This document shows positions 1-13,596 of a DNA stretch of 64,000 nucleotides, piece after piece. Position 1 is the first letter of the stretch, and each line of letters opens with the position of its first letter. Source of the stretch: Octopus vulgaris (taxonomy: Eukaryota); the NCBI GenBank assembly GCA_951406725.2, contig OX597816.1, positions 127,286,001 through 127,350,000 on the forward strand. Direction: 5' to 3'. The position numbers and the translations under genes are program-made. The notes under the pieces were generated by a model, which saw only the letters and a list, made by a program, of their open reading frames with translations, did no database searches and had not been told where the DNA came from.

Positions 1-72
1 TCTGATGCTTTCTAAGTATTTGAAATACTTTATTATATGATATTTTTGTTATTTACCATCTAAGTGTATCTA

Positions 73-1332
73 TTGAATTGGCAACTAAGTTCCTGCCATT
101 TATTTTTAATTAAAATTATTTAAAAGGTTTAATAAAAAAATAACAACTAATTAATCAATAATGTATTCACACTTGTTGTTTACAACTTCTTCCCAACGTT
201 CAACAAGATTTTCAGTACCTCATTGGTAGAAATCATCCGATTTCAACTCAAAAAATTGATCCAACCAAGCTCTCAATTCTGCATCAGTATTGAATGAAAC
301 TTCACACATAGCATTTGAAAGAGATCGAAAGAGGTGGAAATCCATTGGTGCCAAATCAAGAGAGTACGGTGGGTGTGGCAGCACTTCCCAGCCATGCATT
401 TGAATGGCTTCCTTGGTCATATTGGCGATATGAGGGTGGGCATTGTCATGCAGCAGAAGAACTCCATGCTACCGATTAGGTCTTTTCTCTTGAATAGTCA
501 GCTATTGAATGTTTGGTTCCATTCAAGCAGTTCATAATGGATAATCCCTTCCCAGTCCCACCATACGCAGAACATCGTTTTACACAGATGAAGATCTTGT
601 TTCATGTGTGGTGTCGCTTGTTTTCTGGGGCTAAGCCATTCTTTACGTTGCTTCATATTGATGTACAGGCACCATTTTTCATAGCCAGTAACGATTCAGT
701 AAAGAAATCGTTGCTTGTGTCCATGAGTTGAGCAGTGATGAGCAAGCAAACTAGCAGAGATTGTGGCTCAATGATTTTTGTTGTTGTCACTTAAAGCATG
801 TGGAATCCATGCTCCATACTTCTGAACCTTTCCCATCAAGTGAAGATACTTCTCTGTAGCAGTGTGGGAGCATTTCATTTTCTCTGCTAGTTCCCTTGTC
901 GTTTGACGAGAATTTTCATGCAAAAGTTGGTTTAATCGCTCTTCATCGAACTCAACTGGACAGCCAGAAAGAGGTGCGTCTTTGAGGTCAAAATTTTCAT
1001 TTTGAACTTGGCATACCAATTATAAGCAGTTCTTTCAGCTATGGCACCCTCTCCATACACAGCACAAATGTCCCAAGCAGCTTTTGCGGCCTTAGAACCT
1101 TTATTAAAAACAAAAAGAAGGTGTCGAAAATGCTCTTTTTTTCTTAACTTGGCATTCCATTTTAATGATTTGAAAATAAGCAAAAATTAACTAAAATTAA
1201 CTAGTAAACAAGACAAAATGGATTACAAAATGATTCAAAAATAGTATTCTCGAAAAAAATAGATTCCAAAATTTAAAAACGCAATAAATTCCAAAATTTA
1301 AAAAAACTATGGTAACTTAGTTGCCAACCCAA
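73..1332 (-). mobile_element. Full-length mariner (Tc1/mariner) DNA transposon, inactive; mellifera-subfamily-like
   Basis: Inverted termini TTGAATTGGCAACTAAGTT (from 73) and AACTTAGTTGCCAACCCAA (to 1332), flanked by TA at 71-72 and 1333-1334. About 1.26 kb, enclosing transposase fragments. Confidence 0.93.
151..1160 (-). pseudogene. Mariner transposase pseudogene
   Basis: ATG at 1160 (MECQVKKKEHFRHLL..). ORF pieces give ICAVYGEGAIAERTA, DLKDAPLSGCPVEFD, GAWIPHAL (WVPHEL-like) and HPPYSLDLAPMDFHLF (YSPDLAP-D), ending EYIID-stop at 151. Several frameshifts and an apparent internal deletion near 500-520. Confidence 0.92.
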
Positions 1333-1679
1333 TACTACATATAGTCATTCTTTCCCTGTCAGTCTGCTTCACATCTCACTACATTTCTTGTGCATCTTTC
1401 ATTTACATTTAGTACAGAAATCCTGTCTAATCATTTTACATACTCATCTAGACCACATCCCTGATAGCAGTAGAGTTTTTTCTACTTTGCTGCTAACAAG
1501 AATTTTTGTCTCTACTGAATTTAATTTGAAGCCTGTTGATGCTAAACTTTCATGACCAAAATCTCTTCTCTAATTCTTCAACAAAATCAACTCTATAAAC
1601 TAGACTTTTGCTATATAGAAGTTCCCACAGAGAGCTGGTTTCCCCCATATTATGACATTAAAAATGGTAACAAACAAGA

Positions 1680-2220
1680 TAGGACTGACAACTGCCTCAA
1701 ATGTTAAGTTCCTCATTGAAACTTATTGCTAACTTACATATTACTTTTTGAATCTCTGCACATAATTTGCATATCTCCACAAACCATTCATCAACACCTA
1801 CTTTTATAACCACCATCCCATCACTGACCACAGAGCATAGATTGTTTTCAGGTTTAGGAAAGCAGCCAGTTAACACCACCAGTCAGAGACCCAGTTTCTT
1901 AGTCAGTTCAGAGTTGCCTCTCTTCTCAGGGTTTGATGATGCTGAGAAGATAACTGCTTCAAAATGCATGCATTTATCAATCTGGCTAATGAGCACTTCA
2001 AACTGACTGGTGTATTTATACCTTTTTGTCTTGAGCGAGAATATTTCTCCATGATAAAATGCATGAATGACCTTATGCATTTGAATGTGTTTCAAACATA
2101 TTTGAACCAATAACCTGTTTGTGCATCTAGTAGAACTTGTTTATAATCACTGCTTAGCACTTCTAACTTGTATATTTACCAAGTTTTAATAAATATCATA
2201 TGAAACCAAAATTGAATTTT
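1680..2220 (-). mobile_element. Highly degraded mariner-like transposase N-terminal remnant
   Basis: Minus-strand fragments LKLGKYT/KLEVL and EELNI*GSCQSYL resemble the mariner HTH region (FKLGK..ETLEML; EELNIS.GSCQ.IL). No TIR recognised. Confidence 0.35.
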
Positions 2221-2563
2221 AGTTGGTTTTCATATTTCATAGAGAAATCAGTAAAATGTTTGGTGGATGAAAACCAATAACATTTGGACTCAGAAATGTG
2301 AAGCACTAACCTAGAGATGCTGAAGTATTTAATTCAGGTCTGCTATGAATTCTATTACTTTTATTTGTATAAATATTACCCAAACATATATCAACAATTT
2401 TGTATCTGTGTGTTAATTTTATACCTTTCTTTTCTCATTCTCATGTATCTCCATCATTTCTACAATGATTAATTTTTTTAAATAGCTTATTTAGTCAAAA
2501 GCTACATTTTTATTTACCCATCCACCATCATCTTCATTATAGTGTAATATAATTTTACAAATT

Positions 2564-2795
2564 AAGTGGATGGTCTGGCAGAATTGTTAGCATGCCAAAC
2601 AAAAGGCTTAGTGGCATTTAATTCATCTTTACGTTCTGAATTCTAATTCCACCAAGGTTAATTTTGCCTTTCATCCTTTCAGGATCAATAAAATAAGTAC
2701 CAGCCAAGAACAGTGGTGGTGATGGTCAATGTATTGGCTTTCCCCCTCCAAACCAGATTGTCAGGCCTTTTGCCTATAATAGAAAGGAATATCAT
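2564..2795 (+). mobile_element. SINE family C (Meta-domain-like centre)
   Basis: Central TTTGCCTTTCATCCTTTCAGGATCAATAAAATAAGTACCAG. Homologous to 62889-63104 (minus) and 61720-61912. Flanking direct repeat TTTTACAAATT at 2553-2563 and 2796-2806 (TSD). Confidence 0.75.
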
Positions 2796-4434
2796 TTTTA
2801 CAAATTCACATCCAAACAAGACACAACAAAGATGATATATTTTTTCATGTTCGAAAATCACATTGAAATTAACTCCAGCCTAATACGGACAGTTTTCATA
2901 AGAATTTTTATACTTCTAAACTACTATTTTATAAAAATGTGCAATTATTTATAAAAACTACAGCAAAACATGAAAATGGCTGAGTTTCAGTAGAAGTACC
3001 ATAACAGTAACTTTTTATTTATCTATTTTTGAAAATTTCTCATTGGTTCATCATCTATAGCAATAAATAGTTACTCTTGGTATGGATAATATTAAACAAT
3101 TCATATCATGGCTCTGTTTCATTTCTATCATATCTTTGACTTGTTGAGAATAATCATAATTTTCAACAAAAGTTCTACAAAATTCTTTTATTTGGGTAGT
3201 TTATGCATCAGCCTAACATTTCTATAGCATTATTTCCCAATAGTTAAACTGGTTTAAAAGTATTAGATGTTTCTAATTACAATTCATTTTATTACATCAA
3301 GCATGTTGATAACCCTGTTATATTACAAATTTTGATAAACACGTTCAAATAAATCATATCAGGAACTTGAAGTTATATATGTAGAGCACATTACAGCTAC
3401 TTCATCAGCTTTATTGGTAAATAAGTACCAGTCAGATACTTGAGTTGATATAATTGATTGTCCTCTCCCATAAAATGTGTGGCTTTGTATGTAAGTTAGA
3501 AATAAATATATCTGCATAAGCTTTCATGCTACAATGTTTGTTCCATCAATATTTCTGTCACTTCTGCTATCGTCTAGTATATCTGAAACTATCAATTATT
3601 TTTATTTCGGTACCTGTGTCCCAAAATGGATCACAATATTTATAAGAAACATTAGCATTTGTCAACTGTCAACTTATGTCCATTCTCATTAGAGCATTTA
3701 TAAGACATATTTCTATGCACTTTTCTTAATATATGATTGCTGTAGTATTTCTGTTGAGATTTCATTTTGGATATTTCTGTTAAACTCTATCAGCAGTACC
3801 TTGAGAATTTTGTCTTCTAAGTATCAAGAGCTGCTTATGTATCTTCACTGCTATTTCTGTTTAATTCATTAGTATTGCAAAAAACACATTGGTATATCAT
3901 TATAGCTCACTTATTCTGCTACTGTCAACTACTCTGAATAAAGGCAACAACAAAATAAACCTTAAGTACAAAGGTTAAAAGAAAACATGGTCAATATACA
4001 ATTGATACCCCCCACACCCACACACATAAAGTATTTGTCAGGTAATTTAAACTATTGATCTATCTTATTTATATCTATCTGTCTAAATGCCTATCTATAT
4101 CTATCCTCTCTTTTGTCCATATCATTGAACATTAACACCTAAACTATCAATGAAACTCATATGTTCTACCATTTTTTGATATTACATCATTTAGTTAATA
4201 TCAGCTTCTTGTGTTAATCACATTTAATCGCAATGACAACATACCCTATTCACACACACACACACACAAACACTTACACATATGTACATATTATGTGCAC
4301 ACATGCATGCACATACAAGTCTTACTACACAAACAAGAGAAGTACTTAATGCATCTAGAACTTCTTTATAAGTCATGCTGGTACTACTTATAGTTTTTTT
4401 TTTATTTGCAACTGAAAGATTAATACTGAAAATA

Positions 4435-4870
4435 AGGAGCAGACTGTATGATGCTTGTGAATAAAGTGAAATATTGCATGTTTGCAATGCATAAGAATTA
4501 AATGCAGAAAATGTGAAAAGGTTGTGAATAAATGAAGTGGACATGCAATGTCAGCATGTATGAATGATAGTACACGGGGGATCTGAGAGATAAAACGAGC
4601 AACAGATGAATCAGATGTAGTGTGCAAAAGAGAAGACTACATTTGTACAAACATATAAAGAACATGAAGAATATGATAGCTGGGAGAAGAATTGAGCAAT
4701 CAGTATAGAAAGAGCTTGTGGAAGAAGACTAACAAAAGCACGGGCATAAGTGGTTAGGGATGATCTCAGAATGTTGACATTAATGAATGATATGAACAGG
4801 GACTGCAAAAAGTGATGTACTGTACAGGAGAAATTTATGCAACCTACACTAACATGGGAAAACTAACTTA
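4435..4870 (+). mobile_element. Degraded RTE LINE ORF2 C-terminal remnant
   Basis: RLYDACE*SEILH..ELNAENVKRL*INE aligns by eye with RLYDACVRTAMLHGSETWAVTAEDMRRLERNE of the 16054 element. Confidence 0.7.
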
Positions 4871-5098
4871 AAATAATGAGAATAATGGTCATGATCATGA
4901 TCATGGTGTTGTGTGTATGTGTGAATGTGTGAAAGAGAGAGAGGGAGAGAGTATGTGTGTGAGCATATATAAATCCATGATCATATATTTTTGGGATAAA
5001 TACTTGTTTGCTAAGAGTGCTATTGTACTTCATTTCTGAATGCAGAAATTGATGTATATCTATGTATACATTAAAACACACATGCTCACATATGTACA

Positions 5099-5148
<50 letters not shown>

Positions 5149-5229
5149 CATACAAGCAAAATGCCCCCTGACCAAATTTTCTCAAAACAACTTGTCCAAC
5201 CGTCCCATAGGCCTCCCCTTTGAGAAACA

Positions 5230-5536
5230 CTGATTTAACCTAAATTTGAGACACCAAACAGGACGGCTTTTTTTGCGCAAACTGCACATGCATTTCTCTC
5301 GCGTATGCATAGTATCAATCGCAACAGCTAATGTACTTGCACGTACAAATGCACGTTCCCACGGCTTTATTGATCACATTCTCACCTGGAATCGATTTTT
5401 GTAATTTTTTCAAGACTTATACATGCCCTGATACCGTCGGAATCAACATATCAAATTTGAGCACAATCGGATGGAGGATGCCCAAAATCCTAGAAGACAC
5501 ACACACGCACTGACAGAATGGATTTTATATAATAGA
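5230..5536 (-). mobile_element. Non-autonomous Helitron-like element, 5' portion
   Basis: Minus strand begins A|TCTATTATATAAAATCCATTCTGTC, then (GT)n and CCGATTGTGCTCAAATTTG, the layout I recall for Lep1-type Helitron 5' ends. Locally CpG-rich. No 3' CTRR end identified. Confidence 0.5.
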
Positions 5537-5699
5537 TATACACATACATATGTGTGTGTGTACGTGTATGTATACTTTATTTAATTAATTAAGTGGAATC
5601 AGACGAAATATGTCATTACAAATGGCCATATGTTTCAATTTGCAGGATCTTTTCAAATGAATGAAAACATTCAGTACAGTAAATAGAATTCATTACTAA

Positions 5700-6120
5700 A
5701 AGTAGATGGGATAGCTGAAAACAGGACATGGAAGCAAAACCTAGAATCAAAAAATTCCAAAGGAAACTTTTCAAAGACTAAAGTATTAGCAAGTAGAAAA
5801 GAAGACAGGGTTTTGATCCCATTTTGGTATTGGCCATGCTTGATATGCAGAAAAGAAATAAATAGAAATTCCATACACTGTACCCAGAAACTATGCCTGT
5901 ACATGAACTATAGTGGAATCACAAGCAGGCTAATAGAGACAGCATGTTTTGTATGTGTGATAAACATTAAGAGCACTCAGAAAATAGATTCTCTCAAATG
6001 CCCTGAAGATTTCTGGACGTTGTTGACAGCTTCTATTACCTAGTGGACCTAAACAGTCATGGAGGTGGAGGTTCCAAAACTGCAGTAGCTTTTACCTCTC
6101 CTGGCCACAGAGGAGTTTTA
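5700..6120 (+). mobile_element. Degraded RTE ORF2 fragment including the PHD-like Cys cluster
   Basis: TWKQNLESK..FSKTKVLASRK..WPCLICRKEINRNSIHCTQKLC..SGITSRL..FVCV is homologous to about 17060-17400. Confidence 0.8.
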
Positions 6121-7428
6121 TGGATCAATGTATCTAATTTATTAAGTAACTACATTGCATACTAACTGTATTCCTATGTTATAGTAGAAATATCCACCAG
6201 CTTTGTATGCTTTGGTTTTATTTAACTTGAAGTAATCAAATGCCATGATCCCAATATTCAATTAATAAACAATTGATAGCACCTGTGTGATAAAAGGCAT
6301 TCTATTCCAGCCATGTTCATATTTTTTTCTTTGTATACATATGGAAAAGGGTCTTCCTTTTCGAAAACAATGGGTGTATGATTTTTAGGAAATTTGTCTT
6401 CTATATCTAGCAGGGTGGATGACTATGTAAAGGATTTCTACTGGCTTTGTTGACAAACAGTTGTAAAGGTTGGTCTAGAATAAATCGTAAACTTTATTTC
6501 AGCCATTGGCAGAATGTTCTAATTGTAAACAAATGTATTTTCATGCAACCTTCAGCAATGATTTTGCTTTCACAATAACAGTTTTAGCTTAATTTTAGTA
6601 CCACAATACTGTTAATCCAAATTCTAGGACTGCAACATCTGTTAATTTACTAAATATGTACAGTCGGTGTGATTGATTCAAGAATATTCTAAGAAAGAAA
6701 GAACTCCTTGAGGAAAGTTCAGTTTCCATTCTTACTGTTTAAGACTTAAAGTAAAAGAAAATGCAATTAAGCTTACTTTGTCAGTGTTACTTTATTATAA
6801 AAGAAAGCACCGATGGAAATATTTCAACTCGTCTATGTCTCACACGTATTTATTGTGTTAACAACACGAACACATTGATAGCTTTAATCACAACCTTACT
6901 AATCAGTATCAGAACCAGTGAAGCAATCCATAGGTGTACACAACTAATATAGTTTACTCACTAAAGATTCTGTCTTCAATCAAATGCAGACAAATAAACA
7001 ATGTTCATATCACCATCACTAACAACCCATCGCCATTATCATGATCATTATCATTATCATTAAAGCACCAAGTTTACTGCCACTTTCATAATGCAGAATT
7101 AATTTAACAGTTTCTCACTCCCTCTTGCATTAACACACACAAGCTAACAAGTGAGACCATTTGAACTTCTTAAAGTTTGTCGCATCCTATCTTTTCTCTG
7201 TGGTTTCCTCATACCTCTAATATTCTTCCTAGAGCCTTCACCCATCTTCTCCTTACTGCATTCATTAACATTTCCTATATTTCTTACTTCCTACAAAGAA
7301 CTTAGCAGTCATTTTTTGACCAGCATTGAAAATACTTATTTAATACAATTTATTTTTAATATAAGTTAATGCAGTGAATATAGGATTTGAAAATACAGTC
7401 TTTTAGCATTTATTAAAAAAAATTTGTA

Positions 7429-7636
7429 TACTCTTTTACTTGTTTCAGTCATTTGACTGTGACCAGGCTTGAGCACCACCTTTAGTCAAGCAAATCGACC
7501 CCAGGACTTATTCTTTGTAAGCCTAGTGCTTATTCTATCAGTCTCTTTTGCCAAACTGCTAAGTTATCGGGATGTAAACACACCAGCATCGGTTGTTAAG
7601 TGATGTTGGTGGGGGACAAACACAGACACATAATAT

Positions 7637-7681
<45 letters not shown>

Positions 7682-7845
7682 CATACAACGGGCTTCCTTC
7701 AGTTTCCATCTACCAAATCCACTCACAAGGCTTTGGTTGGCCCAAGGCTATAGTAGAAGACACTTGACCAAGGTGCCAGCACAGTGGCAATGAACCCAGA
7801 ACCATGTGGTTGGTAAGGAAGCCACTTACCACACAGCCATTCTGC
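7429..7845 (-). mobile_element. SINE family A (tRNA-like head, CORE-like segment, internal microsatellite, AGTAAAAG tail)
   Basis: Reverse complement of the 19893-20283 and 24577-24988 copies along its full length. Internal (CA)n(TA)n at about 7635-7685. Confidence 0.9.
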
Positions 7846-8209
7846 AAAAAAATATATATATACACATATATATATGAAATGATGCTCATGATAGCACATT
7901 CAAAACAGTTGTATAAATTAAAAACTACAAAGCAAAAGCAGTGATGACTGCTTGGTACTTTTAGTGTTAACTGACTCCTGACATCATTCCTTTTCTTTAC
8001 TGCTATGGCTTGGGGGATCCAGGATAGCTGATTTATTGCTTTGACATTCATGTTGCCAACCACTCAAACATCTCTTTAAGTAGTTGAACTAGGTATGCTT
8101 GGACAACCGAAGAAGATAGCTTTTACATAGAGATATTTCTAGGACAATGAATATCCTCCCATTGTTCAATAATGATATTTTAAAAAATATGTAGAACAAT
8201 ATATATATA

Positions 8210-8245
8210 CTAGCTGACGTATCCAGTAATTCCCAGGAAAGCGGG
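8210..8245 (-). mobile_element. Possible Helitron 3' terminus
   Basis: Minus strand reads CCTGGGAATTACTGGATACGTCAGCTAG|T: a decayed subterminal hairpin, then CTAG followed by T. Confidence 0.35.
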
Positions 8246-8489
8246 GCTTATCCCTTGGTTCCATTCTCATAATTGTTTTGCTAATCCAATAACAACAATG
8301 CAAAGTATGTGGCCCTTAAAACAGTTTTGTGCATTTACAGAGAATACCAAACTGTCTTACACAGGATCTTGTTTTTAGGAATTCCCAATAAGTTATGAAC
8401 ACCCAGAATGTGAAGTCAGTTATGTACATGAAATTAGTTACCTCACTCAGACAAAGGTGATCTTAGTTTTGCAGGCTGTGTGGGGACCT

Positions 8490-8700
8490 CACTAGTGCTG
8501 GTGTCATAAAAAAAATATGCAATACACTTTGCAAAGTGGTTGGTACTAGGAAAAGCATCTAGTTACAGAAATTATGCCACGGTGCCAAAGCATACATTGG
8601 AGCATGGTGTACAGTTGTTTGACCCAACATACTCTGTCAAACCATTCATCTCTTACCGCCACAGAACATGGGCATTCAAAATTAGAATGATGATGAAGAT
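8490..8700 (+). mobile_element. Degraded RTE 3' UTR/tail
   Basis: GTGCTGGTGTCATAAAAA..GTGGTTGGTACTAGGAAAAGCATCTAG..GATGATGA matches the 3' end of the 16054 element. Confidence 0.6.
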
Positions 8701-9105
8701 AGATAATGACGATAACAATAATGAGGATGTGTGTGTTTGTGTGTGTGTGTGTATAAAGATGCTTACAACAAAATAGCAAAGATAATATTCAAAATAACAA
8801 TTGTAACAAGTTAAAAGAAAAATTGCTATAGATCATTTAAATGCTAAAATTACTTTTGAATCAACTTGTATATTAAAAAAAATCTACTAGTTTGTTTTCA
8901 GTTTTACTAAATAATTGAAATGGACCAAAATTCAACCCATTAAAAATGTATGCAATTTTTAATATTTTTTCTTGTACATTTACTATAAGACACAATTGCT
9001 GTGAGGTGTGACCATAATATTGCTGACTGTTCAGATCTTACTAGGATCGTGATGTTGTGCATCTGTGAAAAACATAGCATATTTTGCTTCAGTAAGACTT
9101 ACTGA

Positions 9106-9142
<37 letters not shown>

Positions 9143-9639
9143 ACTATTACTTGTGGCTGAATGTTATGAAATAGAATGGCATCCAACCGCTCCAAAAAAA
9201 AAAAAACGGATTTCACACATGCAGCTTTGAAAATAAATGTAAAACAGTCAAAAAAATTTGTATTTTTTAAAATATATTTTCTTTTCCTTTATTGAAACAG
9301 TATATTTTTCCAATATAGTGTCATTCTCCATACTTAAGAAATAGAAACATGTTCACATTCCATCATTGCAATGTAATCCCAGTGTCATGTTTAAGACATA
9401 GTGAAACAAATTGTACTAATGTTAATGAGTTCTATTTTAATTTTACCTCTTAGTATATATTTTCCTTCTCAATCATTCAACTATACCTACTTTCTTTGTA
9501 CTGCTTCTTACATGTCCTCTTTAACTACATTAATGTTGCCTCAACATTTCCAAACCATTGCTCTGCAGTTAGTTACATATTAAACTACATTGAAGTTTAA
9601 AAGAATGAAGTGAATTCAGTTACAATGATTTCTGTTATT

Positions 9640-9880
9640 CTTTTGTGTCGCTCATTGGAATGCAGACATGCTGGGGTACTGGCTTGTAGTGTTTTAGCAA
9701 TCAAATCAACCCTTATATGTGTTTTTAATTTAATTTAATTCATTTATTTATTTGAGTCTGGCACTTATTCTGTTGGTTAATGCTTGCTGAACTGTTAAGT
9801 TAAAGAAACATAAACAGACCAACACTGACGCAGACATAGACGCACATCGCAAAAACAGACATATATACACACAGATATAT

Positions 9881-9911
<31 letters not shown>

Positions 9912-9980
9912 CATATACACACACACACACACATATATATATACATGATGGACTTCTGCACTGTCTCCATTTACCTTATT
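9640..9980 (-). mobile_element. Degraded SINE family A
   Basis: CATGCTGGGG..TTGCTGAACTGTTAAGTT..ACATAAACAGACCAACACTG plus an internal TA/CA tract, as in the other family A copies. Confidence 0.5.
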
Positions 9981-10149
9981 GATACACAATGCATTGATCC
10001 TCTGTAAGACTGAACTCAACAAAACCACGCTGCAAAGCAAATTTTTTTATTCATGCAAACCAACCCTCTACCTATTCATCTTTTTTTTTTTTTTTCTCTT
10101 TACTGAATTCTTTAGTTTTAGAAGGTTGAATAATTTTGCTAAGCTCTTG

Positions 10150-12900
10150 TTGGCCCTCACAGACTGAAGAGATCAATGATGCTCAGTTTAATCTTTAGTA
10201 CTACTTGTAGCAAATATATGTCGGAGAGAATTTCAAAGGACTGTATTTCTAGAAGGAATGATAATGATTAGGCTGAGTGTTTAGTGCAGAAGTTTGTAAG
10301 CTGAGATATGGTGTAGATAATGAAAGTAGAATAGATAAATACATTAAGTGGACTTTGGCAGATGTGTATGCAGCATGTCAGTCGAGAGAAATAGAAGACA
10401 GAAATAGAAGTGATTGTAGTAATGGTAAACAGAGCAAAGAGAAAATGCAGTGGTTGTGTAGTGCAGAAATCATGGTAATATCATTTCCGTTTAACCTTTA
10501 GGTATGTGTCTGGGATTTAATACTATTGGTTACTTTCACTCTATCATTATGTGGGTGAGAGGGATTAATAGCAATCTTATTGGAACTAGTTTAAATGAGA
10601 TAGAATATACTGGAGACTATGAGAGAAAACTTGTTGCCAAAAATATACTAATGTCTATTTCATTATCATCTTCAGTTAAATTTCTCTCTTGCCAAATATC
10701 TATAAGATTTAGCATGGATTAAAGTAGTCTACCTATTAACTTCTAAGATTAAACGTTGTTGATGTCAGGAAAGTTTCAAAATTTTAAGAAATCAAATTAA
10801 TGAATAAATACTTTATTTACAGTATGTTAAGAGAAGCAATATATGTTGGATAATATTGTAATAAAATTTATTTCCTTTAGTTTTATTATTTTTTATTCTT
10901 CACTGTTTTTCTTTTTTTTATGATATCAGTCAAGAGGTGGGGGTTGTGCTCTTTAGCTGTTGAGATTGATACAGTTGATGTTCAGTTTAAACAGCTGGAT
11001 GTGATGTCTATAGCAAAAGCGTAGGTGATAACTAAAATTGTTGAGTTGAAAATTGTAGGTGGGAGGATTGGATACTGTTATTGCTCTTAAGCCTAAAAAG
11101 GGAAACATAGAATGATTGATGTAAGACAAGAGATAGATGTTACCATGTGGATTTAAATTGATGTCATATACAGTTAACTAACACAAAATAACAGAGGCCA
11201 TTGTAATACTGCTTGAACAAGTAGTGAGAAGGTGGCATGTCTGTGAGCAGGAGGTTTGACTTCTTTTTTGTATATAGTCTAGAATAATTTTGTTAGTAAC
11301 TATAGTGCTATCTACAAGTAAGAATAATATTTTATGGCAGTTTCATTTGACCATTGAAGAAGGTCAGAAGCTCTTCAGAGCTGAAGCATTTTCTGGCTCT
11401 GAAGAGCAAAAATAGACTTTGTGAACAACTTATACAATGATATGAACATGGGATTGCAAGGAAAAATCGTCAACAATTGCAAGATCTAGCATCTGTCAAG
11501 TTCAAAGCAATTGATTATATACAGTAGAGAAGTTGATCTAAAATATTTTTCCTTGATATATGGAGTTAAGTGTGTTCATGCTTTTAAAAGAGGTAAGATT
11601 GCTACATCCTCATTGAAGAATATTTTGAATACGTCTGTTCATGGGGATAGTACAGAAGTTATGTAGTCAGTCATTTAGGGGGGCAAGGTCACAAGGTGAA
11701 GGTAACTGTTTCTCTCCCATGTAGTAAGTTGGAAGTGAGAGCAATCAGCTGATATTTGATGAAGCCAGAAATATTGCCCTACTTAAGGATGGAATACAAT
11801 ACAGCATATTTCCGAAGTTCAAGGAGATTTATATTGATATGAATGTTTGGCTTTAATAGGGGAATTAGCTTTGGCACACAGTATTTGAAGATAACAGAAG
11901 GGATATTTCAGGGCTTAAGGCCTTGCTTGTAGCTGATATAACTAGAAGTGCTTTCACACTTGGTATGTAAGCCTTTATGATGCTGAGACTGATGAAATGA
12001 AGAAAGAATTAGTGAAGATATTGACAAGTGTGTGTAAAGCGAAATTGAATGGAAATCAGGCATCAAATATTACATGGAATATTACTTATGGAGCCATCTT
12101 TATTAAAGAATAGTAGATAAGAATACATAAAAAGTCGATTGAGATCCTTTTGACTAGCAATCACAAGACCAAGCTTCAATTTGAGTGTTAGCTTGTAAAC
12201 TGTGTGGTGCATGAATACATATGTTACATTATGGATGGTTGTCTTGCATAAATTACTGGTTGGTGATTTTTTTCTCTAAATGTCGTATGCAGTATTTGTA
12301 GCCTGTACTATTGGAGTGCAACTACACATGAACCGTTAGCTGAGGTTGACCATAAGCTTTGGTTGTTATGAGTAATGTGAAAGGACATGTCTAAATGTAT
12401 AAGTTCAGTCACTTGCTTAGTTGTCTTAGATGGGTCAAGAGTGAAGTACATTTGCTGACATGAATAGTTAACATAAAACTGGTGGAGTGGCAATATGTTG
12501 AACTACCACAGGATGAAGGAGCAAAGGGTGTTGCATAGTATGTGCAAGTACAAGGGAGAGGCATAATTAGACAGTAGTCAAACTATCCACTAATTACAGA
12601 GACAGAGATAACTTAATAGTGGTTAGGTTTGAAAGTGAAGAAGGGAACAGTTATTTTGAGTGTTTGTGTATCAGTTAGAAATACATATACAAAATGAAAC
12701 TAACTGTTGTAGGGAATTCATAGTGGTAAGAGAGTTAGTTTCAGCACTAGTGAGAAGAGTTCAAGATACTAGAGGAATTGAAAATAGGAATCATTGTGAC
12801 CGATGGCATTAAAAATAGATGAGGTTAGACCGATATCTTCAATTCAAGACAAGTGATAAATCAGACAAGTGTTGGTGACTAAAAGAACATGGAGAACAGT
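10150..12900 (-). mobile_element. Old, fragmented CR1-like LINE
   Basis: Minus-strand frame fragments near 11700-11950 (KALSP..IPSVIFKYCVPKLIPLL; K*GNIS..KYQLIALTS) match the RT motifs KAPGPD..LK.CAPEL and KKGD....NYRPIALTS. RNTVL*NSL near 10230-10250 resembles the C-terminal RT..LWNSLP. Boundaries approximate. Confidence 0.55.
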
Positions 12901-13534
12901 AGAGGTAGTTAAATATCATTGTTGGGAATTAAACTGATTTGACAAAATGTCCTTAAAGTACATATGCTTTGTTATGATTTCAATCTGATAAACAATCTCA
13001 CTAAATCAACAAGCTTAGATATAATAATTGCTATAAGATTATATTAGCTTCTAATTTACTTAGTAAAATATTTTACTTTAATATATGCATCAACCCACCA
13101 ATACTTTATATTGATAGACAGCTTCATTTAGATGCAATTGGTTAACTGGATTTGAGAACAGAGAAAAGTCTTTCAGCTTTATGTTGACAGCTGAAATTTA
13201 TATCAATCCTGGTTTTAAAAGTGGAGTGAAATCGAAGCCTTTTAAGCTGTTAGCTGTCTGAGTGACATAGGTCAATATCTTGATTGTGGCACCTATCTAA
13301 AAGCTTTTAAGAGGCTACAAGTTCATTTTCACTATAACATAAACTTGAATCTGTGTCTAAGTATTTACATTTAGATTTACAGTTTTGTTTCGTTATCACA
13401 ATTTTAGTAGTTAAAAATCCATGCCAATCAATTTTTAAAAATTGATTGCTTCTTTTTTATTACAGTAATTAGTTTCTTCACTTCGAAACAAAGCAAACAC
13501 AAGTGTATTTTTAAGGAATGCCTTATGTCATTCA

Positions 13535-13592
<58 letters not shown>
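13535..13592. repeat. (TG)n(AG)n compound microsatellite
   Basis: Seen directly. Confidence 0.95.

Positions 13593-13596
<4 letters not shown>

Noticed and set aside
5536-8213. Pairing the two Helitron-like termini into one element
   Set aside because: Both are on the minus strand and point away from each other, so they cannot bound the same element.
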